From Octopus vulgaris (lineage: Eukaryota), in contig OX597819.1 in assembly GCA_951406725.2 (NCBI GenBank), positions 36,704,001 to 36,768,000 of the forward strand: a stretch of 64,000 nucleotides of DNA, in the 5' to 3' direction. Under the pieces are notes generated by a model. It made no database searches. It saw only the letters and a list, made by a program, of their open reading frames with translations, and was not told the origin of the DNA. The position numbers and the translations under genes were made by a program. Shown here in pieces: positions 26,367-40,479 of the stretch. Every line of letters starts with the position of its first letter. Position 1 is the stretch's first letter.

Positions 26367-26575
26367 TGGCGGCAAGATAACAGAATCGTTAGCATGCCGG
26401 GCCAAACGATTAGCGGCATTTCGCCCGTCTTTACATTCTGAGTTGAAATTCTGCTTAGGTTGACTTAGTCGTTCATCTTTTCGAGGTGAAGAAAGTAAGT
26501 TACCAGTTGTGCACTGGTAATCGTCTTACACCTCACCTGAAATTTCTGGCTTTGTGCCAACATTTGAAACTAATA
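26367..26575 (+). mobile_element. Diverged SINE group A copy
   Basis: cagaatcgttagcatgccgggcc...tgtgccaacatttgaaac. Confidence 0.75.
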
Positions 26576-26643
26576 TTACTGCCAGTTAACCACAGAAATT
26601 TGAAATTAATTTTACATATTTAACGTATTGAACTATCAGGCTC

Positions 26644-27453
26644 GGATCTTTTCGGTTTGAACGGTAGTTTTTTTAAATAATTTCCACGTAACTAAACACT
26701 TTTAAACTTCGTATACTGGTAGAATGTGTTTATAAAACATCTTTATCTCTTGGGTTTATTGAGAAAATTCTATGGTCTGTAAGATATTTGTTGTTTTTTT
26801 TCTTCAATTTCTGCAATTTCAACCAATCACTGACGTCTATTGAGGTAAAAAAACATTCTATGCCGTATGAATATGTCCCTCGTTTAAGAAACAGATTGGG
26901 TTTATTTACATTTGTGAAGAAAAAAAGATACCCTTCCCCCACCCCTAACCCTAACCCTAACCCTAACTCTAACCCTAACTAGCCCTAACTAACCCTTAGG
27001 TTTATTGAGAAAATTCTATAGTTCGGTTTCAACGGCAGTTTTTTCTAGCGGTGTCATATGAAATTGTCACCCATAATTATGACCCTAGTATCGAACTATT
27101 GCATTTCAATCTGTTTCGGGGTTAGGGTTAGAGTTAGGGTTAGTTAAGTTTAGGGTTAGGGGTGGGGTATCTTTTTTCTTTAGAAATGTAAATAAACCCA
27201 ATCTGTTTCTTAAACGAGGGACATATTCATACGGCACAGAATGTTTTTCACTTCAATAGACGTCATTGTTTGGTTGAAATTGCAGAAATTGAAGAAAAAA
27301 ACACAACAAATATCTTACAAACCATAGAATTTTCTCAATAAAGCCAAGAGAAAAAGATGTTTTATAAACACATTCTACCAGTATACGAAGTTTAAAAGTG
27401 CTTAGTTACGTGGAAATTATTTTAAAAAACTGCCGGTCTAACCGAAAAGATCC
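26644..27453. mobile_element. Inverted fusion of two telomeric-MITE copies
   Basis: Truncated + copy (26644-26997), ~22-bp filler copied from 26753-26773, near-full minus copy (27022-27453); no shared TSD. Confidence 0.88.
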
Positions 27454-27844
27454 AACACGTCTTATGTTTCTGTGGGAAAGAATAACATTTGTTTTGTATG
27501 TTTTATTGTGTAAATATTCGCGAATTTGTGTAACGATATGGTTTCTTTGACTGGCACGTCCCAAAGAATTTTGCACGTTCACCATAATTATATAAACAGG
27601 AATACTAATTTAAAAAAATAAATTTTACAGAATAGACGTCATGTACACTACACAGAAAAAATAAAATTTTCATAAACGACAATTGACACTGATGTCGGCA
27701 ACAATGGCAACAGGTCTTTGGCTAAAATGAAAGTCTGAATATAGGCCAACACTTATAAATGAAAATTATTTCAAACAACATGCGTAACGATTTTATAAAA
27801 AGCGGGACAGAAAGCTAACGCACCTCTACCTATCAGAAGGTGTT

Positions 27845-28092
27845 GAGGCGCATAGCTTAGTGGTTAGGGTGTCAGCGTCATGATCACAAGATTGTGGTTT
27901 CGATTCCTGGATCGGGTGACGCGTTGTGTTCTTGAGCAAAACACTTCATTTCACGTTGCTCCAGTTCACTCAGCTGGCAAAAAGGAGTAACGCTGCGATG
28001 ACTGGCGTCGTGTCCAGCTAGGGAACACATACGCCATTGAAACCGGGAAACCGGGTCCATGAGCCTGGCTAGGTTTTAAAAGGGCGCAAAAA
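27845..28092 (+). mobile_element. tRNA-derived SINE group C
   Basis: tagcttagtggttagg and ggtttcgattcc boxes; gttgtgttcttgagcaaaacact core; ctgcgatgactggcgtcgtgtccag block. Confidence 0.8.
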
Positions 28093-29330
28093 ATGTTTCC
28101 TATGTACCCTCAAAGGATCAAATGAAGGAAAATATTTCCCATGTGTAAAATATTGTAGTTTCCGTCGACCTAGGAGATAATATAGGAGTATATGTCTAAT
28201 TTTCACGGCCAAGAGCGAAGGCGTATAAGAGATCGTGCTGGCGTGTTACACAGCGTTACTCAAGCTCCCGATGCAACACATGTGACAAGGGAATAATATA
28301 AAGTTGTCGGTCAGAGACATTTGCGATAATATTGACTCTTAGCTCACAATTCACAATTTCTACATAGGGCGGCAGGTTGTGAGAGCAGAGGTGAACAAAA
28401 ATAATGTGAAAGTCTTGATGACAACCTCCCCAAAATCTCAGACCTAAACTGGAACTGTACCTAGTGTGTACAGAAATACTGCGTTGCTTTCAGCACTTCT
28501 TGTGAAATACGATCTTTTAGGCGACAAAAGAAATGACTGACAGACGTTTATACGATGTATTTTCGTCCGCCACATCAAGTTATGTAGTATGATTGCAGGG
28601 CAACTTATTATAGAATAGTTACTAGGGGTTAACTACTTATTCTCATAGTTCCTAGCGGAGGCCCCTTGTCTGGCTTAGTAGATCCAAGATTATGTGAGAC
28701 GCCTTATGTTAAGTTAGACAGAAAAGAGTAATTAGTCTTTGGGGTTTTTTAATTCTGTAAGGAGATATTTAGTGGATATCTAGTCTAGTAGAGCATTGCG
28801 AAAATGCTAAATTGCTCTGCTTATGGTGTTCACATTTGCAATGGATGCAAAATTTGTCTTCAGTGTATGGATTGTACCGATATGTACGTTTACGCATGCT
28901 TTATAGCTTTCCAACAATGCAGCGTTTTATTGCCATGTAGATTTTTTGCCTTTCTGTTGCAATGTATATTGGGGCAGCGATGTTCAATATATTTTGTGTC
29001 TGAATCTGAAAAACATATGAACTTTGCGTGTAGAATTTTAAAAGCGCTCGAGTAACAACTGTATACGTTTTAGTATCATCTGCACATGTTACTTCGATTT
29101 ATTCAAAATCGTCTCCGAGTGACATATTCCACGAGATGCACAGAACGACGAACATCTTAATTTGAGGTGGTGCATAAGCTACACACGTTCATGCAAGCAT
29201 AACGCAATATAACTTGGTGTGACCAAAGGATATAACGCGTGGATCATTATATAATTACTTCTGGTACAGCCCCACCCTGATATTCAGTGTTACTGTCACC
29301 CAAAAGACTGATTAAATCCAGAAAATACTT

Positions 29331-29622
29331 GTTTGTTCCTTCTCGAGCCATGCCTGGCTCATAAGGGCCGGTTTCTTGGCGTATAGGTCCCCCACCTGGA
29401 CGGGACGCCGGTCCGTCGCAGGTGAGCTGCAAGATGCAGGAGGAAAGAGTGAGAGAAAGTTGTGGCGAAAGAGTCAGCAGAAGTTCACCACCTTCTGCCG
29501 GAGCCGCGTGGAGCTTAGGTGTTTTCGCTCATAAACACACACATCGCCCAGTCTGAGATTCGAACCCGCGATCCTTCGACCGCGAGTCTGCTGCTCTAAC
29601 CCCACTAGGTCATGTGCCTCTA
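29331..29622 (-). mobile_element. SINE group C, tail type 1
   Basis: Head gaggcacatgacctagtgg...gggttcgaatc; TSD cagaaaatactt on both sides. Confidence 0.88.
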
Positions 29623-29639
29623 CAGAAAATACTTCATCA

Positions 29640-29880
29640 CCCTCAACAACTACTATGCCTCCAAAAATCTCATTTGAAGCCTACATTAGAGTTTTGCTCT
29701 AACATGTGGGACGATGCTGCAGTTATACACACATATATCCCACACGGCTTCCAAACAAGACCACCAAAATGGGTATCGATTGAGATGACTTTGAATACTA
29801 GCACATTCTATTTTCTGGTTCACAATATCTTCTCGTGTATGTTTCTCTTTCATAGGTTCCATGACGTCGTGGCAGATGTT
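29640..29880 (+). pseudogene. Decayed CR1/jockey-like LINE ORF2 C-terminal fragment
   Basis: LLCLQKSHLKPTLEFCSNMWDDAA resembles LYK...RP.LEYC...W; similar relic at 49560-50015. Confidence 0.55.
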
Positions 29881-30612
29881 GCGACTTGGAAATTTTGAGT
29901 CTGGCGGAGCTTAGCCTTCAATAGTCTGAATACATCCGATTTCTTCTAGAAATAAAGAGAGCGAGACAGACAGAAAAAAGAGAGACAGAGAAAGAAAGAA
30001 AGAAAGAAAGAACCTTATAAAATGACTGAAAGCATAAAAGGTGAAGTTGACCTGAGTGGTATTTGAACTCGAGGGGCATAGAGCCATAATCGTTACTGTA
30101 AAGCATTCTATCTGCGGCGCAAACGATGCTAACAACTCACTACCATAAACTGTCTATTTACGAGTGTATAAAATGAACAGGAACCGGATCAGCCTCAGAG
30201 GTATTGGAAGAATTACAAATGCTATGGTTGCAATCCATTTGGCGTAGCTAAAGCTAAACTACTGCACAAATTGTATAACAAGAGCGAGTATTTTACATGA
30301 GGCATTATTATATTTTCCATTCTGTGTTATATTTCTATTTCTTTACAGTAACTGAAAAACGATAAGAGCATAGAAATGCACGTCAGGGCTATGAATATTA
30401 TTATTATGAATATAATTCCATATTATTATCTGAAATAGCTGCAAAATTAACACTACCGCCATTAGCAAAACCTTCTCTACGACACGAATAACGTAAGTTT
30501 GCATTATGAACCAAAACTGCAAAAAACTAAAATTATATACAACGGAAGTGAAATAATCATTTTGTTAAATCCACTCAAAGTTATAGTTACAGGCTAGGGA
30601 AAATAAGAAGTA

Positions 30613-30615
<3 letters not shown>

Positions 30616-30698
<83 letters not shown>
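30616..30698. repeat. (TA)n(GA)n microsatellite
   Basis: Direct reading. Confidence 0.97.
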
Positions 30699-30705
<7 letters not shown>

Positions 30706-33480
30706 AGCTTTCGAAATGAAGCCTTGCGAACACTGCGCCGTATCTGATCACTGTAAACTTCATAGAAAAGTTTACCGCCATTTTACATCTAAAATAAGGA
30801 AACAATACTGACTTCTACGAGTCAAATTTGAACCACTATGCGGTTGTACGACCCGCTGAATATAGCAATACTTTTTTCATATCACCGTCTGTTTGAATAA
30901 AAGTCGGGATGGACACAGGTGAAATGCTTTCAATCAGGTCTGGCTCGCAGTCAACAAACACAATATAACATCGACTCTTAGTTTAAGTATAATGCAAGAC
31001 GATTGGAAATTACTTTACTGACACAGTAAACAGTATGTTTAATGTATACTCCGATTGAATTTTTAATCTGACGAATAGAGCCTACTAAGGACTTTAGCCT
31101 AAATACTAAAAACCATTTCGTCAACAACTTTACCATTTCTATCAACCGTACTACAAACAATATTAAGGAGACAGCGAAAGAATCATTATCTTGTCGATAG
31201 ACCTACAAGACATAACAGACAAATTTCTTTCAGTCCATACACTAATTACTTTAAAAACGACAGACTCATTAGATATTGCATTCCTCATCATAATGTCTGA
31301 AAACAGAAGAAATTTTCATGGCTGGTAGCGACTTTCATTATAAGTCTGTCTGTTTGATCAGGGATAGTATTGAGGTGGATGACAATAAAAAACAAACAAA
31401 ATTTAAATTATACAGAACACAGATAAAAATGTTACATTTGGTATTCAAAGAAACGGATCGTGAATCAGAAGTAGGGAAATGGCATATGTATTGAACAGAA
31501 AACGTAATAAAATTCTGATATTTATTCAGATGGTCACCGCTGGGAAATCAGCCCTCTGCCATAAGCAATTCTTTTAATTCGTGAACTGTACAAACAGTTC
31601 ATTCTGGTTTTAATGTGCTAATAGTAAAATAAGAAGTGGGAAGCCTTCCCTATGAGAGAAAAGCGATAGCTTAGCCTTTCGATGCATTCAGTTGATTCTG
31701 GATTCGTGTTGCACAACAAAATCAGCTGTTTAACATATCTCCACATTTCAGTAATGCTTGAACAATGAGCTAGTCCGTAGAATACAAATACGTGGTTCTG
31801 TGCGCAGATTAGAAAGATGAAGTAGAGAGTAATATTGCATCTGTAGAGTTTATACAGAACAAAGTTCTCGTGTGGCTCCGATGGTCTAGAGAAATTTGAA
31901 AGTATACCCATAATCTCTGAGCTGAGAGTCCCCTAGAGAAACAGCGACTCCTTGTGTAATGTTGCTCACACCCGAATACTAACCCTTTATATACTAACCC
32001 ATTGACGGTATTGTTTAACTGGGAGATGACTGTGAGTGCCTAACAACATTCAAGGTTTCAGCCGCTTTCTCGTGATCTACACTTGATCCAGAATTTCATC
32101 CTTATCACAGAAACGCGTGGCAAAATGTGACTGAAAAAAAGGCAACCATCCCAGTTCACCGTTTAGATGTCGCGGTCTGGGCGACGCAACTGAGCAGAGT
32201 AATAGTAGTGGCGTTTATATTGTTGGGGAAAGGACGATAGATTTAAGGTGTGAGGTTGATTTAGCACTATGCCCAAACAAAGCATTTTCATAGGGTTGTC
32301 TTAAACGTCCGTGCTTGTTTCCTGACTTTTAGTTAGCCCTTGTTACGTACGTTATGAGAAATATAAATCTTTCCTTTCATGAGTTCCAAATTACTCTGGA
32401 TTACAAAAATCGGAAATATGTATCATATTTGATGCAAGGAAGCCAAGAGCATATATATCTTCTTTATCACATATGATGCATATGGAAGGCTAAGGGTCCA
32501 TTGTACTATTATCCGTACCCGACACCTCTTATTATCTTTCTGCATTTAGTTTTTACCATCACATATTTTCAACCCAGTCAATTCATATTTCCAAAGCTTT
32601 CACAACTAGAAAGTTTAAAAAATAACAAATAGAGTAATAGTGAATAAAGACAGCAACATAGAACCTTTAATATAACATTGTACCACTTTCCTGAACGACT
32701 GCGCAATTTTCGGGATCATAATGGTTTCCTTTGACGACCTAACGGAGTAGCAGCTTTATGATCATCTTACTTGCTTGGAATAACAACCAAATCTTCCTCA
32801 AATCAAGCTCCATCGTATTAAAAAGGGTGAACTGGTACGCATTTGATAATATAGACTTAGTTACCTCTCATCGCTTAAAGAGACGGAAAGTTATTAACAA
32901 CATCAGCATGGCATACTAATAACGAAGCCCCTATTCGGTTGCTCTACCGACTAGTAATAGTAATACTGGCCTGTTCGCAACTTCTATTATCAACATAGCT
33001 AAAAAGAAAAGGTGGCTGTCCTGGAAAATGAAATCTATGCCATAATAAAAGATAGGATTATCATGGTTCGAATGCTTCTGCTCAAAGTTTTATTTAATCA
33101 GGGATTATCCGAGGCTAAGCAGCAAAAACAATAAAATAATGTACTATTATAGTAATACTAGAATCCGATAACATCATCTATAAATCTATGCTGTAATGTT
33201 GCATTCGCCGATATCAAAATGGAAGCATGCATAATAAACTAACTAGAAGCGTGCATATATACACGCATACACATAAATATATACTTGCATTTATACACAC
33301 ACACATACACACATATACACACACATATATATGTATATGTGTTTTGTTTTTACGTGCTGTACATGTATTTGTGTACACCTATCTTCGTTTTACTCGCTGT
33401 ACCTAATGTTGCGTCTATATATGTTTTCATTATATTTGCTATGCGTATTTGTGTAGATATGTTTTCATGTTTTGCTTTCA

Positions 33481-33832
33481 GAGATAGAGGCAGTCCACAT
33501 GACTCTTGCACGCATTCCAAGACTAGTCAGATCGAAACCAGTAACGTTTCGTTTAAGCTGTTGCAAGTTAGGAGAGATATGAGCGGGGAGGAGTTTCCTG
33601 ACGGCCGATGGACTTAGGAAGAAGGACTGAACATAGTGGTCAGTATGTGATTGGGAATGAGTTAGAAGCAAAAACGATGACGGAAGGTAGAAAGACGGGG
33701 ATGCCTGAGTGGCCGACCCTGATAGGCAATTACCATTACAATAGCGATAGAAATATATATAGCCAGTGTTGCGCTGGTGTAATGGTAACACACTTGTCGC
33801 GACAACAAAGTCCTGTGGACTGCCTCTTTCTC
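33481..33832. mobile_element. Putative MITE with 19-bp terminal inverted repeats
   Basis: gagatagaggcagtccaca (33481-33499) vs tgtggactgcctctttctc (33814-33832), one mismatch; GC-richer interior; no TSD found. Confidence 0.55.
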
Positions 33833-34319
33833 GTACTATGCATATGGAAACCCTACTTCTTTCCATCGAGGATTCATATTCCCTAATATTAGACAATTTT
33901 CTTTAGTCATTACAAGGTGATCGCTTATACTTATAAGCTTTCGCTTATAAAATATATTATTACTGTCATTTACAGATTTGTAAAAATCGATACTGCTTGC
34001 CAAAATCCATGTATATATATATATAGACAGATAGATAGACAGTCAGATAGACAGACTCACAGACAGATGTATGTATGTATGTATGTATGTATGTATGTAT
34101 GTATGTATGTATGTATGTATGCATAGAGAGAAAGAGAGATAAGACTTATATATACACCATGGATTCTCTCACCGTTAGATGACGTATGAGGGTTCTGCAA
34201 TTTCTCGCTGAACAACAAATGATTTGTTTATAGTGACTATGTGTTTGTGTTCGTATAACTTCACACTCTCCATCAAATCGACTTTACCTGTACAGCCGCA
34301 TGACTTACCAGATGCCAAA

Positions 34320-34413
34320 TGTTTTGCTCAAGAACACAACGCAACACCCGGTCGTGAAATCGAAGCCATGATCTCGCAATCGTGAGTGCATATATACCCT
34401 AATCACTGGGCCA
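34320..34413 (-). mobile_element. Decayed SINE group C head and core
   Basis: gttttgctcaagaacacaacgc...aaatcgaagcc. Confidence 0.65.
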
Positions 34414-34430
34414 ATATATACATATTATTG

Positions 34431-34479
<49 letters not shown>

Positions 34480-34870
34480 TCGCAAAAGGCGTTTAAATTT
34501 TACGTGCTGTTTTGGCAGAACTTTATAGAAGTATTCATAGAATACATCATATCATAAAATCCACCATCTTCAGGTGAAATTTTTAACAGGTAACATGTCA
34601 AGCAGGTGAGATTTCGTACATCAAACTTTATAAGTCCATTAAATTGGATTTGTACTTATATAACTACAGCATCTTACCAACATTTGATACCTTCCTTCTT
34701 TTTTACCTCACTGTGATGTCTATGTTATTGTACCCAGCCATTTCTAGTGTTCTGGTGTTTATGTGCCTAGGTTCGGCTGAATCCTTATAACACATTATGT
34801 ATATATAAATTTAGGATGAATACTTGATAAGTGTAAGCACCTGTATACGCCAGCTAGTATAACAACTGCA

Positions 34871-34963
34871 TGCGGCTGAAGAGAGCTTTAAACCATCCTT
34901 TATGTCGATTATACACTGATGTAAGAATAGGTCGTTTATAAAGCTTGAAACACGTGTACCGCG
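34871..34963 (+). ncRNA. Type I hammerhead ribozyme, complete core, long helix II
   Basis: tgcgg-CTGAAGA-gagcttta..taaagctt-GAA-ACACGTGT-A^ccgcg; palindromic helix III; predicted GUA cleavage after 34958. Confidence 0.8.
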
Positions 34964-34997
34964 ACATCCTTTGTGTTCTGTTTTTGATTTCATTTGA

Positions 34998-35017
34998 TAC
35001 ATATATATATATATAGG

Positions 35018-35097
<80 letters not shown>

Positions 35098-35140
35098 TAG
35101 ATAGATAGACAGGTAGATAGACAGACAGACAGACAGATAG

Positions 35141-35214
<74 letters not shown>
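34998..35214. repeat. (TA)/(GATA)/(GACA)/(GA) compound microsatellite
   Basis: Direct reading. Confidence 0.97.
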
Positions 35215-35218
<4 letters not shown>

Positions 35219-36134
35219 GAACAGGGATGACAAGGGGATGAAACGATTATCTTATGAACTTTATTCCCTTTCTATCGACACTCACCTTATTCGCACACAC
35301 TCTCATCCTAATATTTATTCCTTCTATCTAGACAACTACGACCCCGTACTAACCACACCACACTTAATTGCTATTCACATAAACACCCCTTACATCCCGC
35401 CCCCCGCAAAAAAAACCCTAAGCAGAACTGTCATCAGACTTTGGTGCCTGAAAGTGCTTCAGAATATTCTGGTTGGGCACTAATTTGTAATAATGCCAAA
35501 GTGGAGTCACTAAAAGGGTGTCACTAAAGTGGAGTAAATCTGAGGTGCTCCATTCAATAGTGAGAGGGGGCAAGTGCCGTCCAGTGCACTCCCTTAGCAA
35601 CAGGCGTAACCCTGCCAAAGCCTATACAAACCCCAAAAGAACCAAAGTAAATCACACTCGGAGGAAAGTTAGAAGACCTAAAATTCGAAGTCCATGTCTA
35701 TCATTTCTTGTAAAAAATTAGACACTCTATTGTGTAATACTTCGGTCTAATGTCATGTTTTTATACATAACTTGACAGATGCATATACATATGTAAACAC
35801 ACGCACACACATACTCACACACACACGACCCGCGCACTCACACACACACACACATATATATAAAACGCAGGACTAAATATTTATAAAGCTCAAGTATAAA
35901 TATACAAATACACACACACACCTATTGTCTTCATAAATTAACTTCAGGAAACAAGTTGTTTGGAATATTCTTATAGACATACACTCTTATATGACGTAAA
36001 ACAAAATAGCGGCCATGTTTATTCATGTATTCGCCATCAAGATGACATAAATGTTTAATGATGAAATACGTCAGTTTGTCTATCTTCTTCTTTATAAGTA
36101 TGATACTACCAATGAGAAACAGATATCACTGCGA

Positions 36135-36219
<85 letters not shown>

Positions 36220-36275
36220 CATCTATCTATCTATCTATCTTTCTATCTATCTCTTTCTCTCTTTCTCTCTCTCTC

Positions 36276-36326
<51 letters not shown>

Positions 36327-36777
36327 AGAAAGAGAAATGGATAGATGATTATATATATATATATGTGTGTGTGTATATATGTGTGCATGTGTGTGTGTTA
36401 TTATATATGTATATATATATATACAGACATATGCATATACATATACATACACACATACATATACGTATACAAACACACACGCACATGCATATGCATATAG
36501 ATAAAGAGAGAATTTATACCTAGTGAGATTTTATTTAAAATTCACATGTTTCTACTTATTTTAAATTACACCATATATTTTCCTTTACGTCATCTATGAA
36601 TGTATATCGTCAAGTTGTCAAGTATATTTCGAACAACTTCTTTTCTGCGGACTCTTGATAAAGAGGATAGATGTGCGAATACGTATTTTTCTCTCAAGAA
36701 CATAACTATAACATAACTATATCTGTCTTTATTTTATATGTAAGTTTTGAGTGATTATCAGTTCATACTATAGAATG

Positions 36778-37000
36778 GAGGCTCGGGATATAGCAGTTAT
36801 TACGTTGGGTTCATGATCGTAAGGTTGTGGCTAGGATTGCTGGACCGGGTGATGGGTTGTGTTCTTGAACAACACTTAGTTTCACGTTGTTCCTGTTCAC
36901 CCAGCTGGCCAAAATGAATGTTCCTGCAACGGACCGAAGTCCCGTCCAGACGCTCGAATACACACCACCGAAACCAGCCCTTTGAGTCTATATGATTGGC
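36778..37000 (+). mobile_element. Decayed SINE group C
   Basis: ttgtgttcttgaacaacact...cctgcaacggaccgaagtcccgtccag. Confidence 0.7.
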
Positions 37001-37052
37001 GAAGATGCATTATCCAATTTTCTTTCATTCGATAGAATTTATATAATTTATG

Positions 37053-37797
37053 TACAACGGTTGGGATGAAATGTTCATAGGTTGGCTATGAAGGAGTGAT
37101 GATGGAACAGTGAAATTTTACATGCATTAATTTCAACTCATCTTATAACTACATTATCTCTTTCGAGGTAAACTGACGTCTAGCTGTTCAAAGAAGACTA
37201 CAAATGTAGCGAGTAGCGACTTCTCTTGCAAATGGACAAAATTTGGTATCATGGTGCTATCAAGAACTTGCAGGAAAATATTTTAGCCCCAACAACATTT
37301 ATGCTAACATGATTGCTATAATACATGACGCCCAAGCTTTATTATCAGTGCAAAATTGTATAATTGAATTTTAGAGGACAAGGGAGAGTCTTAAAGATGA
37401 CGAAATACTATCAACACCAAACGCCCAAGAAAACTGAGTGAGGGGTGTTTTTTCAACAGGACAATGCCCCTGCACACAAGTTCTTAGTTTCAATGCCTGT
37501 TGTGCGTGACTGTGACTTTGAACTGGTTGATCCCCGTCCGTATTCTGATTCCGCCCCATCTGACTACCAAGTCTTTCCAAATATTACAAAAATAAAAAAA
37601 TATAACACTTGGTTGATAACCAGTATCGCCGTTATGATGACGTCATATCTGCTGTTCACGACTTTTTTGACCAACACGATGTAAGCTTCCTCCCCAGGGA
37701 GATCCAAGTACTACAACACTGACAGAAAATTGTGTGGACCAGAAGGGTTCATGACCGTATCTTGATCAGCCTATGAACTTTTCAACCGACCCTCGTA
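37053..37797 (+). mobile_element. Internally deleted mariner relic
   Basis: Imperfect TIRs tacaacggttgggatgaaatgttcatagg / cctatgaacttttcaaccgaccctcgta; GVFFQQDNAPAH...PYSDSAPSDYQVFP. Confidence 0.85.
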
Positions 37798-37937
37798 GTC
37801 ATTGAGAACGTTGCTATTTTCCGTCTTCGATTTCAGAAGTCAATGCCACATCAGGCAAAATGCTTTAAAGGTGCTTGGTTTTTTTTCCCCCTGCAGCTCC
37901 GGAGCTACCCAGTGCTATTCATTGATGGAAATGACAT

Positions 37938-38072
37938 CCGGTGTTGGTGTGTTTATGTCCCGTTATCCAAGCGGCTCGGCCAAAGAGACCGATAGAATAA
38001 TTACTAGACCTAAAAATTAAGTCCTGAGAGCGATGTGTTCGACTAAAACCATCCAATGCGGTGCTCCAGCAT
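37938..38072 (+). mobile_element. SINE group B 3' fragment
   Basis: ggtgtgtttatgtcccg...aaagagaccgatagaataa...gcggtgctccagcat. Confidence 0.75.
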
Positions 38073-38692
38073 TTACTTAGTAAACGAGTGTATTTTCGTG
38101 AAGATGTGTGCTTGCATGTGCACTGTTACATGTAAGTTATTGCACTTTATATATTCATTGTTTGAAGAGATAAATCTACAGTTCAAATAAGTCAGAAATT
38201 CGATAATGTATATGCATTAATTAATCTGTTGTTATTTTCTTAAACTGTTCTTAATTTGGCATGGACTGAAAAGATTTACCGGTCAATTTGCTTAAGACTT
38301 CAATAACAATGTAATTATCTGCTCAAAAGCTTGTTTATTGATTGTGCTTACATCTGAAGGTGAATGACGTACAATATTAATCAGCCTGATTAATAAGAAA
38401 TTTCCATGGATATTCGGATAAATAATATTGGCATAATTTCCCCTTCGTTTAAGTTACAACGTTAAAATCAGCGCTGTGATCTAGTTTCCAAATAGGTTTT
38501 AAGAGACTTCATTTCAAATTTCACATTTAGCATTATTTATTTCTGTATTCCTTTGTTTCGAGTTGAGGAACTGACTTGAACGGATTCTTTCATCGATCAA
38601 AATTGCCGCCAGAATTTATTTTATTTATTGTACGTATTATATCGTAGCCTTTTTGTCAAGCTCACGCGCACACGTATATATACATATTATAT

Positions 38693-38903
38693 ACTCTTTT
38701 ACTCTTTTACTTGTTTCAGTCATCTGACTGCGGCCATGCTGGAGCACCGCCTTTAGTCGAGAAAATAGACCCCGGGACTTATTCTTTGTAAGCCCAGTAC
38801 TTATTCTATCGGTCTCTTTTGCCGAACTGCTGAGTGACAGGGACGTAAACACACCAGCATCGGTTGTCAAGCAATGCTAGGGGGACAAACACAGACACAC
38901 AAA

Positions 38904-38951
<48 letters not shown>

Positions 38952-39120
38952 CATATATACGACAGGCTTCTTTCAGTTACCGTCTACCAAATTCACTCAC
39001 AAGGCATTGGTCGACCCGAAGCTATAGCAGAAAGCACTTGCCCAAGATGCCACGCAGTGGGACTGAACCCGGAACCATGTGGTTGGTAAGCAAGCTACTT
39101 ACCACACAGCCATTCCTGCG

Positions 39121-39123
<3 letters not shown>
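38693..39123 (-). mobile_element. Full-length SINE group B
   Basis: Reverse-complement homologue of 9814-10220. Confidence 0.92.
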
Positions 39124-39157
<34 letters not shown>

Positions 39158-39376
39158 ACCCACACTTATAAACTATGGAATTAAGTATGCCAACCCATTA
39201 GGCATTAAAACACTAAGGGAAACAAAACGTAACACCGCACCACATCTCAAAACATTACCGTATATATCAACTCACAACCTTAGAAATAATGGGGCATAAA
39301 ACACTACTGTACAAAATCTACCTATGCTCACTAGGGATCCAAAAAGGAACATATATATATATATGTATGAGTGTGT

Positions 39377-39451
<75 letters not shown>

Positions 39452-39997
39452 TGTGTGTGCGTGCGTACTCGACGATGTTTACCACAGTTTTAGTGTACCG
39501 AATTCTATTTGCAATGTTTCAAGGAATCAAAAACTAGAACAGAATCACTTGCTGAAGGAGCTACACGGAGAAATCGAACTTTGGAAGCAAATGGTTGAGA
39601 AGTGATGTTCTTAACCGCATAATCATGTTATGAACATATTTAGTTTATATACAGCTATAAAGTTGATTTTACATTTCCGAGTAATTGCTCAAAGGTGTAT
39701 TTTGCACGAGTGTATACTGTATCAGAATACAGTAATACAGACTATATTGCTTCGAGCATTACTGTAACTTACTCGCTATATGTCTTTATATGTGTTCCTT
39801 TTAATTTTTATGCTTAATGTTGATAACTGATTCTAATTTAGCCGTATAACTGTCTGCAACGTTGGCAATGATAATATATTACCGTAACTTAGTTAATACA
39901 GCGCCATAATCTAATGATAGAGAACTTGCTCAAAATATATATTTAGAAGTAACATTACAATTTACATTACTGAAAAGAATCGAAAACCAAAACTACA

Positions 39998-40450
<453 letters not shown>

Positions 40451-40479
40451 TTGATGTTTGTTTTTACGATCAAGTATAC

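Noticed and set aside
28260-28450. Tc1/mariner relic (PKISDLN-like)
   Set aside because: Motif similarity too weak and no TIRs found
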